A DNA stretch of 64,000 nucleotides from Candidatus Caenarcanales bacterium (GCA_020050435.1 JAGVKQ010000011.1:3350-67349), one strand, 5' to 3'. Shown: positions 10,246 through 21,630, counted from the stretch's first letter. Translations and numbers: made by a program. Notes: a model not told the origin generated them from the sequence alone.

Positions 10246-10984
10246 TATGTGCTAGTAAATTTGTTTGCTCTTTTGTTAGGCGTACAAATAAACCCTCTAA
10301 GTTTTCTTTAGATGATGCTAAATCTGACTTTAAACCATAAGCAATTAACTTTCCATCAAAGATGTAGCCTAATTTTGTACATCTTTCTGCTTCATCCATG
10401 TAGTGAGTGGTGACAAAAAGTGTTAGTCCTTTATTTGCAAGCTCTATGAATAAATCCCATATTTCTTTTCTGGCTACTGGGTCAATACCTGCTGTGGGCT
10501 CATCTAGAAAAATAATTTTGGGATCATGAATTAGTGCACAGGCAAAAGATAGTCTTTGTTTATACCCTCCGGAAAGTTTTGATGCTTGTTTATTTTGTTC
10601 TTTAGTAAGTTGTGTAAGGTCCATAATCTGGTTTAATTTAGATTCTAGAATGTCTTCATTTACTTTATAAAGTTTGCTATAGAAAATAAGATTTTGCTTT
10701 GCAGTTAAATCATCATAAAGGCTAAATCTTTGTGACATGTATCCTATTTCTTTTCTAATTTCTTCGCCATCATTGATTATGCTTAAGTCATGTATCCATG
10801 CATTTCCTGAGGTTGGGGCAATTAGTCCACACAACATTTTAATAGTAGTCGATTTCCCTGATCCATTTGGACCTAGAAACCCAAAAATCTCTCCCTTTTT
10901 AATTTCAATATTTAAATTATTTACTACGGTTACTTCTTTAAACTTTTTAGTAAGATTTTCAGTTTTTATTATTATTTCATTCAT
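10238..10984 (-). CDS. ABC transporter ATP-binding protein
   Basis: Walker A GPNGSGKST, the ABC signature LSGGYKQRLSFA and Walker B IIFLDEP. Confidence 0.9.
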   Translation of the reverse strand: MNEIIIKTENLTKKFKEVTVVNNLNIEIKKGEIFGFLGPNGSGKSTTIKMLCGLIAPTSGNAWIHDLSIINDGEEIRKEIGYMSQRFSLYDDLTAKQNLIFYSKLYKVNEDILESKLNQIMDLTQLTKEQNKQASKLSGGYKQRLSFACALIHDPKIIFLDEPTAGIDPVARKEIWDLFIELANKGLTLFVTTHYMDEAERCTKLGYIFDGKLIAYGLKSDLASSKENLEGLFVRLTKEQTNLLAHNV

Positions 10985-10985
10985 G

Positions 10986-12011
10986 TTACAGTTCTACCGT
11001 AATATACATACCGTCTCTTAATTTATTATCTTTATTCTCGATTTGTACTTTTACTGGATAAACAAGTTTTGTTCTTTCTTCCTGCGTCTGGATATTTCTA
11101 GGAGTAAATTCTGCTTGTGCACCTATGTAACTAATAACACCATCAAAAATATCAATTGGAAAGGCATCTGCTTTTATTTTTACTTTTTCTCTGATTTTAA
11201 TTTTTCCAAGCTGTAAGCTTGAAACGTAAACTCTTACAAAAACATCACTTAAGTCTGTAACGGTAGCTAGTATTTGATTGGCTTTTATTACTTCTCCTTC
11301 TTTTAAATCAAAACTGCTAACCTCACCATCTAGAGGTGAGATGACAGTTAATTCATCAACATAATTTTTAAACTCTTTAGTTTTTGCTTTAGAGAATGAT
11401 ACATTTGCTTGTGATGCTTTTACATGGTCTTTTCGCGGACCTTCTTTTACAAGACTTTCATTTTCAATTGAGTTTATAAGGTTTTTTTCTCTACTAAAGA
11501 CTTCATTCTCGTCAAAGTTTTTTTGCATTTCAGCCTTGTCAAAGGTTTGTTTTGACACAGCACCCTCATGATAAAGCTCTGAAATTCTATTATAGTCAAG
11601 TAAAGAGTTCTTATATTTTGCTTTTGACTGATTTAGAAGTTCTTGAGCTTTTTCTTTTTCTGACTCTGCCTGAATAATCTCTTGGACTCTGGCTCCCATG
11701 ATTAGATCTTTTAATTCCATTTCAGCTTTTATTGAATTTGCAACACTTTGATCATATTGTGCTTTAATTTCTTCCCCATCTAAAATTAGTAACTTTTGTC
11801 CCTTTTTTACAATATCCCCTTCTTTTATGAGGATTGTGGATATTCGCCCACTTACTTTAGAGCTGATTTTTACATCTTTAGCTTCTAAAATGTTTGAAAG
11901 AGTAACTCTACTTGGAGAGCTTTTTAGCCAGATATCTTCAGCTGCCCATGCCACGAACGCTACTGCTATTATTGGCCAGGCTTTTAATATGTTCTTTAAA
12001 GGTTTATACAT
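10986..12011 (-). CDS. HlyD-family membrane fusion / secretion protein
   Basis: 341 aa with an N-terminal TM helix, a coiled-coil middle region and a beta-barrel C-terminus. It heads an operon with the ABC ATPase and ABC-2 permease. Confidence 0.8.
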   Translation of the reverse strand: MYKPLKNILKAWPIIAVAFVAWAAEDIWLKSSPSRVTLSNILEAKDVKISSKVSGRISTILIKEGDIVKKGQKLLILDGEEIKAQYDQSVANSIKAEMELKDLIMGARVQEIIQAESEKEKAQELLNQSKAKYKNSLLDYNRISELYHEGAVSKQTFDKAEMQKNFDENEVFSREKNLINSIENESLVKEGPRKDHVKASQANVSFSKAKTKEFKNYVDELTVISPLDGEVSSFDLKEGEVIKANQILATVTDLSDVFVRVYVSSLQLGKIKIREKVKIKADAFPIDIFDGVISYIGAQAEFTPRNIQTQEERTKLVYPVKVQIENKDNKLRDGMYITVEL

Positions 12012-12079
12012 GTTTGGATATGTTCTGTCTAGTTAATCAAACTTTGAACTTAGTCATTTGAAACTCGTCAAATCTATAG

Positions 12080-13645
12080 ATGCAAGTAAAGAAACAAGGT
12101 TTCATTTATTTATTAGTATTTCTTCTTTTACAAAGTACTACTTTGAACTTATTTTCTTTTGCAAATGAGAATGAGATTGAAAATACAATTTTACTTGATA
12201 AGCCTAAGATAAAACTTGAAGCAAGAATTGATGAACCGCTAGATATAGATCTAGAGAAGGCTCTTTCAATAGCTCTATTACAAAACCTTGATATTACTTC
12301 TGCAAGAATCAACACTGATCTTTATAAATGGAAACTCTATGAAAATTATAGTAATTACTTGCCAGATGTAAAAGGTGGTCTTTCAGGTCAAAGACTTGAT
12401 GGTACTTTTTTAATTGGTGGCGTTTTTCCTATTATGACCTTAACTAGCAGTGTAAGTGCTTTTTTAAGATTTGACTATAGATTTTTAGAAGGTGGAATGG
12501 GTTTTTTTAATACACTTGCAGCCAATAAACTCTATAAATCATCAAAAGAAAATCTTTCTATTAATATGAAAGATGTTTTACTTCAAGTAACCGATACTTA
12601 TTATCAGCTTTTAAAAGAACAAGCCCAAGCAGAAGTAGTTACTATATCTTTGAATGAAGCTAAGTCTGTTTTAGACTTAAATCAAAAATTACAAAAACAA
12701 GGAGTTGGTACAAAGTTTGATGTATTACAGTCAGAAGCACAATATGCAGAGCAAGAGCAAGCATTTATAAATCAACAGGCAAAATCTAGAGATGCATCAA
12801 TTAACCTTGCAAGACTTTTAAATTTAGAACAGGGTACTCACATAAATCCTGATTTGAAAGATTTAAAACCAAGAAAAATATTTGATACAGATAGACCAAT
12901 CCTGGAAATTATCACTTTAGCAAAAGAGAATAGATCAGAATTAAAAAAAGCACGATTAGATTATAATGCTCAAAAAAACTATATTGGAGTTGCATATTCG
13001 GGATTCTTACCAAATGCAAACTTTTATGGTCAATATGGTGGAAATGGAAGAGTCTTTTTTAACAGAACTAAAATTGCAGAAGTTATACCAGATGCAATTG
13101 CTTTAGATGGAAATGGAAATCCTGTAGTTTCAATGACTAGTAGGGTCTTGAATAGAAATGTTTCTGATGTTATTCCAAATAGCGGCAAGCCATATCTAGT
13201 GGCAACGAATGATTCGCTTATGGCAAGTAAATTTATTGGTGTTCAAGTAGACTGGGATTTTGGAAAAGGTTTAGGTACTTCTACTGTTTCACAAATTAAT
13301 CAGGCTAGATATCAGGCAATGCTAGCAAAGAATAACATTGAAATTTCAAATCAAAAAATAGAGCAAGAAGTTAGATCTTCATACTTAAAAGTTCAAACAA
13401 CAGAAAAACTTATAGATGTTTCTAAAAAGCGTTTAATTGCAGCTACTGAAGCTTTAAGATTAGCTAAGCTAAGGTTAGAAAATGGTGTAGGTTTAAACAC
13501 TGAACTTTTAAATGCTCAAAAACAATATTCATCAGCTCTTGCTGCAAGTGCAAATGCAATTATAGATTACAATACTGCTCAGGCTGAACTAGTTCATTCG
13601 CTTGGCATTATTTCTGTGGATGCCCTAATTTCTCCGCACTCTTAA
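12080..13645 (+). CDS. TolC-like outer-membrane efflux protein
   Basis: 521 aa with a signal peptide and two repeats of the outer-membrane efflux protein helical pattern. It is divergent from two efflux operons. Confidence 0.75.
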   Translation: MQVKKQGFIYLLVFLLLQSTTLNLFSFANENEIENTILLDKPKIKLEARIDEPLDIDLEKALSIALLQNLDITSARINTDLYKWKLYENYSNYLPDVKGGLSGQRLDGTFLIGGVFPIMTLTSSVSAFLRFDYRFLEGGMGFFNTLAANKLYKSSKENLSINMKDVLLQVTDTYYQLLKEQAQAEVVTISLNEAKSVLDLNQKLQKQGVGTKFDVLQSEAQYAEQEQAFINQQAKSRDASINLARLLNLEQGTHINPDLKDLKPRKIFDTDRPILEIITLAKENRSELKKARLDYNAQKNYIGVAYSGFLPNANFYGQYGGNGRVFFNRTKIAEVIPDAIALDGNGNPVVSMTSRVLNRNVSDVIPNSGKPYLVATNDSLMASKFIGVQVDWDFGKGLGTSTVSQINQARYQAMLAKNNIEISNQKIEQEVRSSYLKVQTTEKLIDVSKKRLIAATEALRLAKLRLENGVGLNTELLNAQKQYSSALAASANAIIDYNTAQAELVHSLGIISVDALISPHS

Positions 13646-16600
13646 CTATAAAAATATAAACAACAGGAATAACGAATAAAGTAAAAATAGTAGAGAATGC
13701 TAATCCACCTACGATGGCTGTTCCCATTGCAATTCTACTTTCTGCACCTGCTCCATGTGCTAATGCAAGTGGAAGACTTCCTAAAATCATTGCTAAGCTA
13801 GTCATTATGATTGGTCTAAACCTAACTTCAGATGCGTGTAAAACTGCATTTGTTAACTCATCACCATTGGCTCTGGATTGATTTGCCATTTCTACAATTA
13901 ATATTGCATTTTTTGTTACTAATCCAACAAGTAAAATAATTCCAATTGCACTGTAAAGATTTAATGTTTGATTGCAAGCAAGAAGGGTTAACAATGCACC
14001 AAGTAATGCCAATGGCACGCTTAAAAGAATAGTAAGTGGATGTATAAAACTTTCAAACAATCCAGCTAGGACTAAATAAATAAAAATAATAGATAAAATA
14101 AATGTCAATAATAAAGAAGCAGAGGTTTCCGTAAACTCTCTTGAGACTCCAGAATAAGTATATGAAAATCCTTCTTTTAACTCATCTTTTACAATTTTTG
14201 TTACTTTTTCCAGAGCAGGACCAAGTGTAAATCCAGGTAATAAGCTAGCTGTTATGGTTACAGATCTTTGTAAATCATAATGGTTAATTTGAGAAGGGGC
14301 AACTACAGGTTTAATATCTATTAGGCTATCAAGTGAAACTAGAGCACCATTTTTAGATCTCAAATAAATTTCTTTTATGTTGTCTGGAATGCTTTTATAT
14401 TTAGGGTATAGTCCTGTGATTACGTCATATTGTTTACTTCTTAAAATAAAGTCATTTGTTTTTCCCTCTGAAAGTAAGACCTGGAGACTCATTGAAATAT
14501 CTGCTACAGATATTCCTAAGTCGCTGGCTTTTTCTCTGTTGAAAACTATATTTAATTGAGGATTGCTTATTAACAAATCGCTATCTACATTTATTAATCC
14601 AGGAAGTTGTTTAATTTTTGATATAACGGAATTTGTGATTTGCTCAACTTCTTCTATATCTGCACTACTTTTTATTACAACTTCTATGTCTTTTGTAAGG
14701 GCACTTCCACCTAGTGATGGTGGATTTATTGGGAATACAAATGCTCCTGGCAATCGCATAAACTTAGGAAAAAGTTGATTAACTAAATCTTGTTGCTTTA
14801 CTTTTCTTTTATCCCAATCTATAAGTCTAGAAAAGACAAGTCCATTGCTGGGATTTGCTGGTCCACCTGCAGCTAGTCCAATAGCTGAAAAATAAACTTC
14901 TACTTCTTTAATCATTGTTATTTCTTTTTCAACTTCTATTTGTGTTCTGTTTGTATAGGCATTGGTGGATCCTTGTGGGGCTTTTACTATGGTTACAATT
15001 AATCCTCTGTCTTCAATTGGTGTAGAAGTTTTTGGGAAAGTGTAAACTAGTACTCCACTTGCAATAATATTTATAATAAGAAAGATTGAAATAACAGTTT
15101 TGTTTTTTATTGCCCATCTTAAGTTCTTTTGATATCCAATGTTAAGCCAGTTTATTGCTTTGTCAGTAATGTTTACTTTATGATTTTTTTCTTTTTTAAA
15201 CTGAAGAAATTTAGAGCAAAGAGCAGGGATTAATGTAAGTGCTACAATTCCAGAAATTGCTACTGAAGCTGCTACAGTAAGAGCAAATTCTTTAAACTGT
15301 CTTCCTACTGCACCAGTAAGGGTAGAAAGTGGTATAAAAACTGCCACGAGTGAAACAGTTGTTGCTATTACAGGAAATGCTATTTCTTTACTACCATTAA
15401 ATGCAGCTTTTAATTTATCTTCTCCCATTTCTTGCCTTCTGAAAATATTTTCCAGAACTACTATGGCATCATCTACAACAAGCCCAATAGCTAGAACTAA
15501 TCCAAGTAAAGTTAAAACATTTGCGGAGAAATCTAGGGCGTACATTGCTGCAAAGGTTCCAATGATTGAAACAGGAATAGATAGTGAAGCAATGAGAGTG
15601 GCTGTTTTAGATTTTAAGAATATTAATGTAACAAGAATTACTAGCATAAAAGCAAAAGCCAAAGAGTTAGTTACTTCGCGAAGAGATGCTTTAACAAATC
15701 TAGAGTTATCAACAGCAATAACAAGATCAATGTCTTTTGGTATAGAATTACGGATTGAAGGGAGTGATTTCTTTACCTCTTCAGCCACTTTTAATTCATT
15801 TGCTTTTGACTGTTTTATGACACCTACAGCTACTACAGACTCACCATTAAATCTAATAATTGTGTCGTAATTTGTAGAGCCGAGCTCCACACTACCTATA
15901 TCTTTTATTCTGACAATGTTTCCATTTTCTTCTTTAATAATCAAACTTTCAAATATTTTAGGATTAGAAATTTGCCCATCAGCAAGAACGTTAAATTGTC
16001 TTGTTTGACCTTTAATTTGACCTGCTGGGAGTTGAAGGTTATTGTCTAGAATAGTTTTTCTTATTTCATCAGGAGAGACATTTTTTGCTGACATTTTTTT
16101 TGGATCGAGCCAAATCCTCATGGCATATTTTCTTTGCCCACCAATTAAAATGCTCCCTACACCAGGAAGAATTTGAAGTGGAGTTTTTACCTGCCTGTCA
16201 GCAATGTCAGATAAAAGTTCAGGAGTGTATTTCTTTTTTTTATCTACTAGTACTATCCACATTAATGCTTGGGAGTTTGCTGTAGATTTAGCTATTATAG
16301 GTTTGTCTGCTGATTGAGGGATTTTACCTAAAGCACTTTGAATGACATTGTTTACGTCATTTGCAGCATCATCTATCGCTCTAGATGTTTGAAATTCTAC
16401 ATTTATACTGCTGACACCATTTGAACTGATAGATCTAATGGATCTAATATCTCTAATACCATTTAGTGCTTGTTCAAGTGGTTCAGTTATTGTATTTTCT
16501 ATGGTTTCAGGACTTGCTCCTAGGTAGGTAGTAGTTATAGATACGACTGGTGTTTCAATATCTGGATATTCCCTTACTGCTAATTTACTTAATGCTGCAA

Positions 16601-16676
16601 CCCCAATAATTATAATTAACAAATTTATTACTGTTGCTAAGACTGGACGTTTAATTGATAGGTCAGAAATAATCAT
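13608..16676 (-). CDS. RND-family multidrug efflux permease (AcrB/AcrD/AcrF family)
   Basis: 1022 aa with a 12-TM architecture, two large periplasmic loops and conserved blocks such as VVDDAIVVLENI. Confidence 0.95.
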   Translation of the reverse strand: MIISDLSIKRPVLATVINLLIIIIGVAALSKLAVREYPDIETPVVSITTTYLGASPETIENTITEPLEQALNGIRDIRSIRSISSNGVSSINVEFQTSRAIDDAANDVNNVIQSALGKIPQSADKPIIAKSTANSQALMWIVLVDKKKKYTPELLSDIADRQVKTPLQILPGVGSILIGGQRKYAMRIWLDPKKMSAKNVSPDEIRKTILDNNLQLPAGQIKGQTRQFNVLADGQISNPKIFESLIIKEENGNIVRIKDIGSVELGSTNYDTIIRFNGESVVAVGVIKQSKANELKVAEEVKKSLPSIRNSIPKDIDLVIAVDNSRFVKASLREVTNSLAFAFMLVILVTLIFLKSKTATLIASLSIPVSIIGTFAAMYALDFSANVLTLLGLVLAIGLVVDDAIVVLENIFRRQEMGEDKLKAAFNGSKEIAFPVIATTVSLVAVFIPLSTLTGAVGRQFKEFALTVAASVAISGIVALTLIPALCSKFLQFKKEKNHKVNITDKAINWLNIGYQKNLRWAIKNKTVISIFLIINIIASGVLVYTFPKTSTPIEDRGLIVTIVKAPQGSTNAYTNRTQIEVEKEITMIKEVEVYFSAIGLAAGGPANPSNGLVFSRLIDWDKRKVKQQDLVNQLFPKFMRLPGAFVFPINPPSLGGSALTKDIEVVIKSSADIEEVEQITNSVISKIKQLPGLINVDSDLLISNPQLNIVFNREKASDLGISVADISMSLQVLLSEGKTNDFILRSKQYDVITGLYPKYKSIPDNIKEIYLRSKNGALVSLDSLIDIKPVVAPSQINHYDLQRSVTITASLLPGFTLGPALEKVTKIVKDELKEGFSYTYSGVSREFTETSASLLLTFILSIIFIYLVLAGLFESFIHPLTILLSVPLALLGALLTLLACNQTLNLYSAIGIILLVGLVTKNAILIVEMANQSRANGDELTNAVLHASEVRFRPIIMTSLAMILGSLPLALAHGAGAESRIAMGTAIVGGLAFSTIFTLFVIPVVYIFIVKSAEKLGHPQK

Positions 16677-17792
16677 TTATTCTGGGTGTCCATGTTCTAT
16701 AAAGGTATTTTTTATAGGTACGTAATCGCTGGAAATGACCATTGCACCAGGAAATACTTTTTGGTGTCCGGATGTAATAACTTTTTCTCCTATCATAAGA
16801 CCATTAGTAATTTCTACAAGTCCATCTTCCCATTTCCCTAAGGTTACTTTTTTAGGAAGAGCATTATTTTGTGAGGTGACCACATAGACTGACTTTCCTG
16901 ATCCTTCATTTATTATTGCTTCTTCTGGGATTAAAATAGAGTTTCCATTGTTTTTTACTTCTAACTTTACTTTTGCAAAACCCCCTGGAAGAATATCTTG
17001 ACTTGAATTGTTTACTTCTGCTTGTATTTTTATTGCTCTTGTATCAGCATCTATATACGGATCAATAGCAGTAATTCTAGCTTTTTTTACATTATCTTTT
17101 TTATCACTTGATGAAGGGTAGAAATTAACTGTTTGATTTAATTTCAATTCTTGAAGATACTTTTCTGGGATGGAAAATACAAGATTTAAAGGACTTATCT
17201 GAGTGACTCTTACTATTTCATCACCAGGATCTACAAAAGCACCTAAGCTGACTTTCTTTAAACTCAATATTCCTTGAAAAGGTGAAGTGATAATATTTTT
17301 TAATTCAATGGACTCTGCTCTTTCCGTCTGAGCTTTAGCTGTTTCATAATCTTCTAAAGAATCATCGTATGCTTGTCTGGATATGGCTCCTTCTTTGTAT
17401 AAGCCTTCCATTCTTTTAAAGTTCTCTTTAGAGTTTTCTAATTTTGCTTTTTCTGCTTTTAATTCTGCTACGGATACACTATCTTCTATTTTTGCAATGA
17501 TATGACCTTTTTCTACTTCTCTTCCCTCAGGTATATCTAAGTATGAAACTGTACCCATTATTTCTGTAGATAAAATAGTACTTTGTGGGCTGATAAACTC
17601 CCCAATGGTATCAATTGTTTTAGAGCTATTTTGAGCTTTTATTAAATAGGTTTCTACACCAATTTCAAGCGGTCCATGCCCATGTCCACCTTCACGATGA
17701 GAAGAGCAGCCAGTTAAGAACATAATACATATTAAAAAAGGTAAAATGTTTAAATTAATAATTATAGATTTTTTCATAAATGACAACAGCAA
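16677..17792 (-). CDS. RND efflux periplasmic adaptor (AcrA-like membrane fusion protein)
   Basis: 371 aa with a lipoprotein-like signal ending in a Cys (FLTGCSS), a coiled-coil hairpin, and lipoyl and beta-barrel domains. It lies immediately upstream of the RND permease. Confidence 0.85.
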   Translation of the reverse strand: MLLSFMKKSIIINLNILPFLICIMFLTGCSSHREGGHGHGPLEIGVETYLIKAQNSSKTIDTIGEFISPQSTILSTEIMGTVSYLDIPEGREVEKGHIIAKIEDSVSVAELKAEKAKLENSKENFKRMEGLYKEGAISRQAYDDSLEDYETAKAQTERAESIELKNIITSPFQGILSLKKVSLGAFVDPGDEIVRVTQISPLNLVFSIPEKYLQELKLNQTVNFYPSSSDKKDNVKKARITAIDPYIDADTRAIKIQAEVNNSSQDILPGGFAKVKLEVKNNGNSILIPEEAIINEGSGKSVYVVTSQNNALPKKVTLGKWEDGLVEITNGLMIGEKVITSGHQKVFPGAMVISSDYVPIKNTFIEHGHPE

Positions 17793-20449
17793 TAAATTTA
17801 ACTGAGAGCCCTGAAGTAACTAATAAAAGTAATTCTACTGAATTAGGTTGGCCTCAAAACCTAGATAATTTTACACCACTAATGAGGCAATTCCTAGAGA
17901 CTAAATATAAATATGATTTAGATGTATTGCTTTTCTTTAGAGTTGGTGATTTTTATGAAACTTTCTTTGAGGATGCAAAGATAATATCCAAAGAGCTTGA
18001 ATTGACTTTAACAGGAAAAGCAGAGTCCAGTTATCCTGGTGGAAAAATCCCTATGGCTGGAGTTCCAGCTAAATCAATTACAAATTATGTTTCAAGGCTC
18101 TTAGATAAAGGATTTAAGGTCGCTATTTGTGAGCAAATGGAAGATCCTGCTTTAGCTAAAGGGTTAGTAAAAAGAGAAGTAAGTAAACTTTTAACCCCAG
18201 GGACAATTTTAGAAACAGATTGGTTGCCTAAAACTAAAAATAATTATCTGGCATCAGTCTTTAAGGATAAGAAAAAAGAAAAATATGGTTTTTCTTATGC
18301 AGATGTTTCGTGTGGGGAATTTTATTGTACAGAATTAAATTATGATGATCTTTTGTCTGAATTGAGCAGAGTGAACCCTTCAGAACTATTAGTGCCATTT
18401 ACTTTTGAGAAAAAAGAAAACTATATTGTAAAAGAAAAGATTTTAAATATTGATACTTCTATTAAAGAAAACTGGTTTTGTACAGGCTTAGATCTTGAAT
18501 TTTATTCTGATACCTATGCTACAAATAGAATAAAAGATGAGTTGAAAATTAAATCACTTGAAAGTTTAGTTCCTGAAGGAGTAAATTCTAAAGATCTAAA
18601 CCTTGGGCTTATTGCTGCTGGTTCACTTCTGGCTTATCTGGATAAAACACAATTGATAGAAAAGCCTTGTTTTGAAAGAATTACACCTTATTTCATTGGA
18701 TCATATTTAAATCTTGATAAAATCACTAGGAAGAATTTAGAGCTTACGGAGTCTGCAAAAGATAAATCTTATGAAGGATCACTCTTTTGGGCTATTGATT
18801 ATACGAAAACTCAAATGGGGAAAAGAAGACTTAGATCATGGATTGAACAACCTCTTTTAAATATTGATTTTATAAATTCCAGACTTTCCTGTGTAGAAGA
18901 ATTAATTGCAAATAAATCAATTTTTTATGATATTGCTTCTTTGTTGGAAAAAATATTTGATTTGGAAAGAATTAGCACAAGACTTAGTGCTTCAGCGGTG
19001 AATGCTAAAGAACTTATTGCTCTTAAGGATTCATTAAAAGAAATACCCAGCTTAGCTAATAAAATTAGAAACTTTAAAACACCTTTTTTTGGAAAAATCA
19101 TTAACTATCCGAAGGAAATAATTGAGGTTGTTAATCTTATTGAATCTGCTATTTTAGATAGTCCATCAAATACAATTACTGAGGGGAATTTAATTAGACC
19201 TGAATATGATCCTGCAATTAAAGAATTAAAAGAAATAATGGAGAACAGTGACAGTTGGCTTTTGTCATTTGAGGCTATAGAGAGAGAAAAGACTGGTATA
19301 AAAAATCTAAAAGTTGGATTTAATAGAGTTGCTGGATATTTTATAGAAATAAGTAAGGGAAATGCGTCTTTGGCGCCAGCTGAATATGTTTGTCGTCAGA
19401 CGATGGTAAATGCATCAAGATTCATTACTCCTGAGCTGAAAGACTTTGAACATAAAGCACTTCATGCTGAACAAAAAATCAAATCTTTAGAGTATGAAAT
19501 ATTTTGTCAAATAAGGGAAAAGGTAAAAAATTATAGTTCGCTTATAAAAGAACTTGCATTTAATATTTCTAATTTGGATGCATTGTTTTCTCTTTCTCAG
19601 GCAGCAGTTATAAATAATTATAAGAAACCAATAATTGATGATTCTGGAATAGTGGAGTTGAAAGCTTCCAGGCATCCTGTGGTTGAAAAAAAAGTTGGCT
19701 TTAACAATTTTGTATCTAATGATGTTTATCTTTCCTCTAAGTCCTCAAAAAGTCAGCAACTAATAATTCTAACGGGACCAAATATGGCTGGTAAAAGTAC
19801 TTATATGAGGCTAGTTGCATTAAATGTAATCCTGGCTCAGATTGGTTCTTACGTGCCATGTGACTATGCCAGAATAGGTGTTGTAGACCAGATCTTTACT
19901 AGAGTCGGTGCTACTGATGACATAGCTCAAGGTCAATCTACATTTATGGTAGAGATGGTAGAAACGAGCAGTATTTTAAATAGAATGACTGAAAAAAGCT
20001 TGATTCTTTTAGATGAAGTTGGGCGTGGAACGAGTACTTATGATGGTGTTGCTATTGCATGGGCATTAGCTGAATATTTAGTAAGTAACAAGCATCCTAG
20101 AACAGTTTTTGCTACTCACTTTCATGAATTAAATGGCTTAGAAGATTTGTATGAAAATATTATTAACTATCAGGTTACTGTAAAAGAAGAAGATGGACAT
20201 GTGATTTTTCTCCGGAAAGTCATTCCTGGTGGAGCAGATAAAAGCTATGGTATTGAAGTGGCTAAAATGGCTGGACTGCCTAAAGAACTTTTAAGTCGCG
20301 CTCAAACCATCATGAACACTATCTATGATAAAAATAATAAAAAAACCACAAAAGATGGTAGAGATGTTATTCATAACGTCTCAAAGAAAGAAACTATAAA
20401 AGGACAGATTGAATCAGGACAGTTGAGCTTGTTTGAATTAGGCAAATAG
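17780..20449 (+). CDS. mutS: DNA mismatch repair protein MutS; the true start is probably internal, around 17885
   Basis: TPLMRQFLETKYKYDLDVLLFFRVGDFYETFFED is the canonical MutS N-terminus, Walker A GPNMAGKST is present, and the C-terminal HTH region is there. The annotated ORF start overlaps the acrA-like start by 13 bp. Confidence 0.95.
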   Translation: MTTAINLTESPEVTNKSNSTELGWPQNLDNFTPLMRQFLETKYKYDLDVLLFFRVGDFYETFFEDAKIISKELELTLTGKAESSYPGGKIPMAGVPAKSITNYVSRLLDKGFKVAICEQMEDPALAKGLVKREVSKLLTPGTILETDWLPKTKNNYLASVFKDKKKEKYGFSYADVSCGEFYCTELNYDDLLSELSRVNPSELLVPFTFEKKENYIVKEKILNIDTSIKENWFCTGLDLEFYSDTYATNRIKDELKIKSLESLVPEGVNSKDLNLGLIAAGSLLAYLDKTQLIEKPCFERITPYFIGSYLNLDKITRKNLELTESAKDKSYEGSLFWAIDYTKTQMGKRRLRSWIEQPLLNIDFINSRLSCVEELIANKSIFYDIASLLEKIFDLERISTRLSASAVNAKELIALKDSLKEIPSLANKIRNFKTPFFGKIINYPKEIIEVVNLIESAILDSPSNTITEGNLIRPEYDPAIKELKEIMENSDSWLLSFEAIEREKTGIKNLKVGFNRVAGYFIEISKGNASLAPAEYVCRQTMVNASRFITPELKDFEHKALHAEQKIKSLEYEIFCQIREKVKNYSSLIKELAFNISNLDALFSLSQAAVINNYKKPIIDDSGIVELKASRHPVVEKKVGFNNFVSNDVYLSSKSSKSQQLIILTGPNMAGKSTYMRLVALNVILAQIGSYVPCDYARIGVVDQIFTRVGATDDIAQGQSTFMVEMVETSSILNRMTEKSLILLDEVGRGTSTYDGVAIAWALAEYLVSNKHPRTVFATHFHELNGLEDLYENIINYQVTVKEEDGHVIFLRKVIPGGADKSYGIEVAKMAGLPKELLSRAQTIMNTIYDKNNKKTTKDGRDVIHNVSKKETIKGQIESGQLSLFELGK

Positions 20450-20578
20450 TTCACTCTTAGTACGAATGTATTACACTCATACATTAAATAAAATTAATTA
20501 TAATCTTTAGATTATTTTTAGTTTTCATCTATCTTTTATACATATCTTTTATGTATATTCAAAGTATAATATTTAGGT

Positions 20579-21619
20579 TTGTTTTTAAGAAAGGTATTTA
20601 TGGCAATTAGACCCACTCATTTTTTCCCAGCTCAAAGCTACGTAAAAGGAAGACCTAGTTATTCAGTTTCATCTAAACTTAATAGAACCTTGGGTGTAGA
20701 GGTTGCTCCAGAGTTGACTATGAAAGACTTCTTGAAGACCTCTCTTCAATATTTAAATAGAGATGAAATTTTAGGTGGACGTATAGGGGACATTAATCAT
20801 GTAATTGGCTCTATAGAAGGAAAATGTAGAACTGCTGGTTCAGTTCTTTCCCCAGTTGAAGAACAAATTTTATTATCAATGGGAATCTATGAAAGAAGTA
20901 CTTATATGGATAGAGATACGACTGAACTTGTTCATAGAGTAGTACCAAAAGATGTAACTTATGATGAATGGGGAAAATTGATTGATTCAGAAAAGCCTAT
21001 TTTAGCTCATGAAGCTTTTGATTTATTTGGTTCTTATAGTAATGCTGATAAAGCAGCTATGCTAGAAGTTGTTCACCGTGAAATGACACTTACTTCAGAA
21101 GCTAAATCTACATTAGCTGACTTAAAATCAACACCTATTCCAGCACCCATTGAATTGTTAAAAGCCCATACGGTTTTTAGAGCATTACCAAATGAATCTG
21201 AAATTGCTAAATATGAAAAACTTAGTGTTAGTCTGGGTGGGCTAGTAGCAGTTTTATCACATTATGAAAGTAGACATGCTGATCATAAATATGAACACGC
21301 TTTGCAAGATGTAAATGATATTTATAGAGACTTTGAAACAATACTTTCTCATAAGGCTGATGATTTTGGTTCTAGATTTGGTGTTGAAATCCATAATTTT
21401 AGAGCTGCTAAAGTTGAAGCTCACTTTAGTACATTGAAAGAGTTGCAAGCAAATTCTTTAGATAGTAAATCTATTAATAAGGCTGCTTCTGAAGCACTTT
21501 TAGCTTTAGAAGAACTATTTCATGAGTCTAAGACTTTACCGCCAGAAAGAAGACGTTTAAATGATGTATCTTTTGAAAGAATGAGAACTGCATTAACAAA
21601 GCTTACTCTAGTAGCTTAA
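20579..21619 (+). CDS. Hypothetical protein (346 aa) with a His-rich segment and no recognisable domain
   Basis: Long ORF with a plausible start at MAIRPTHFF. It contains HYESRHADHKYEH. It is convergent with the HerA-like ATPase gene. Confidence 0.5.
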   Translation: MFLRKVFMAIRPTHFFPAQSYVKGRPSYSVSSKLNRTLGVEVAPELTMKDFLKTSLQYLNRDEILGGRIGDINHVIGSIEGKCRTAGSVLSPVEEQILLSMGIYERSTYMDRDTTELVHRVVPKDVTYDEWGKLIDSEKPILAHEAFDLFGSYSNADKAAMLEVVHREMTLTSEAKSTLADLKSTPIPAPIELLKAHTVFRALPNESEIAKYEKLSVSLGGLVAVLSHYESRHADHKYEHALQDVNDIYRDFETILSHKADDFGSRFGVEIHNFRAAKVEAHFSTLKELQANSLDSKSINKAASEALLALEELFHESKTLPPERRRLNDVSFERMRTALTKLTLVA

Positions 21620-21630
21620 AGCTCAGCAGC

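Noticed and set aside
9590-11021. ORFs 9590-9856 and 10737-11021 antisense to the ABC-2 permease and ABC ATPase genes
   Set aside because: They are embedded antisense in genes with clear Walker and transporter motifs.
14377-16285. Small + strand ORFs (14377-14559, 14563-14778, 15463-15870, 16085-16285) inside the RND permease gene
   Set aside because: They are antisense to a 1022-aa AcrB-family gene with continuous conservation.
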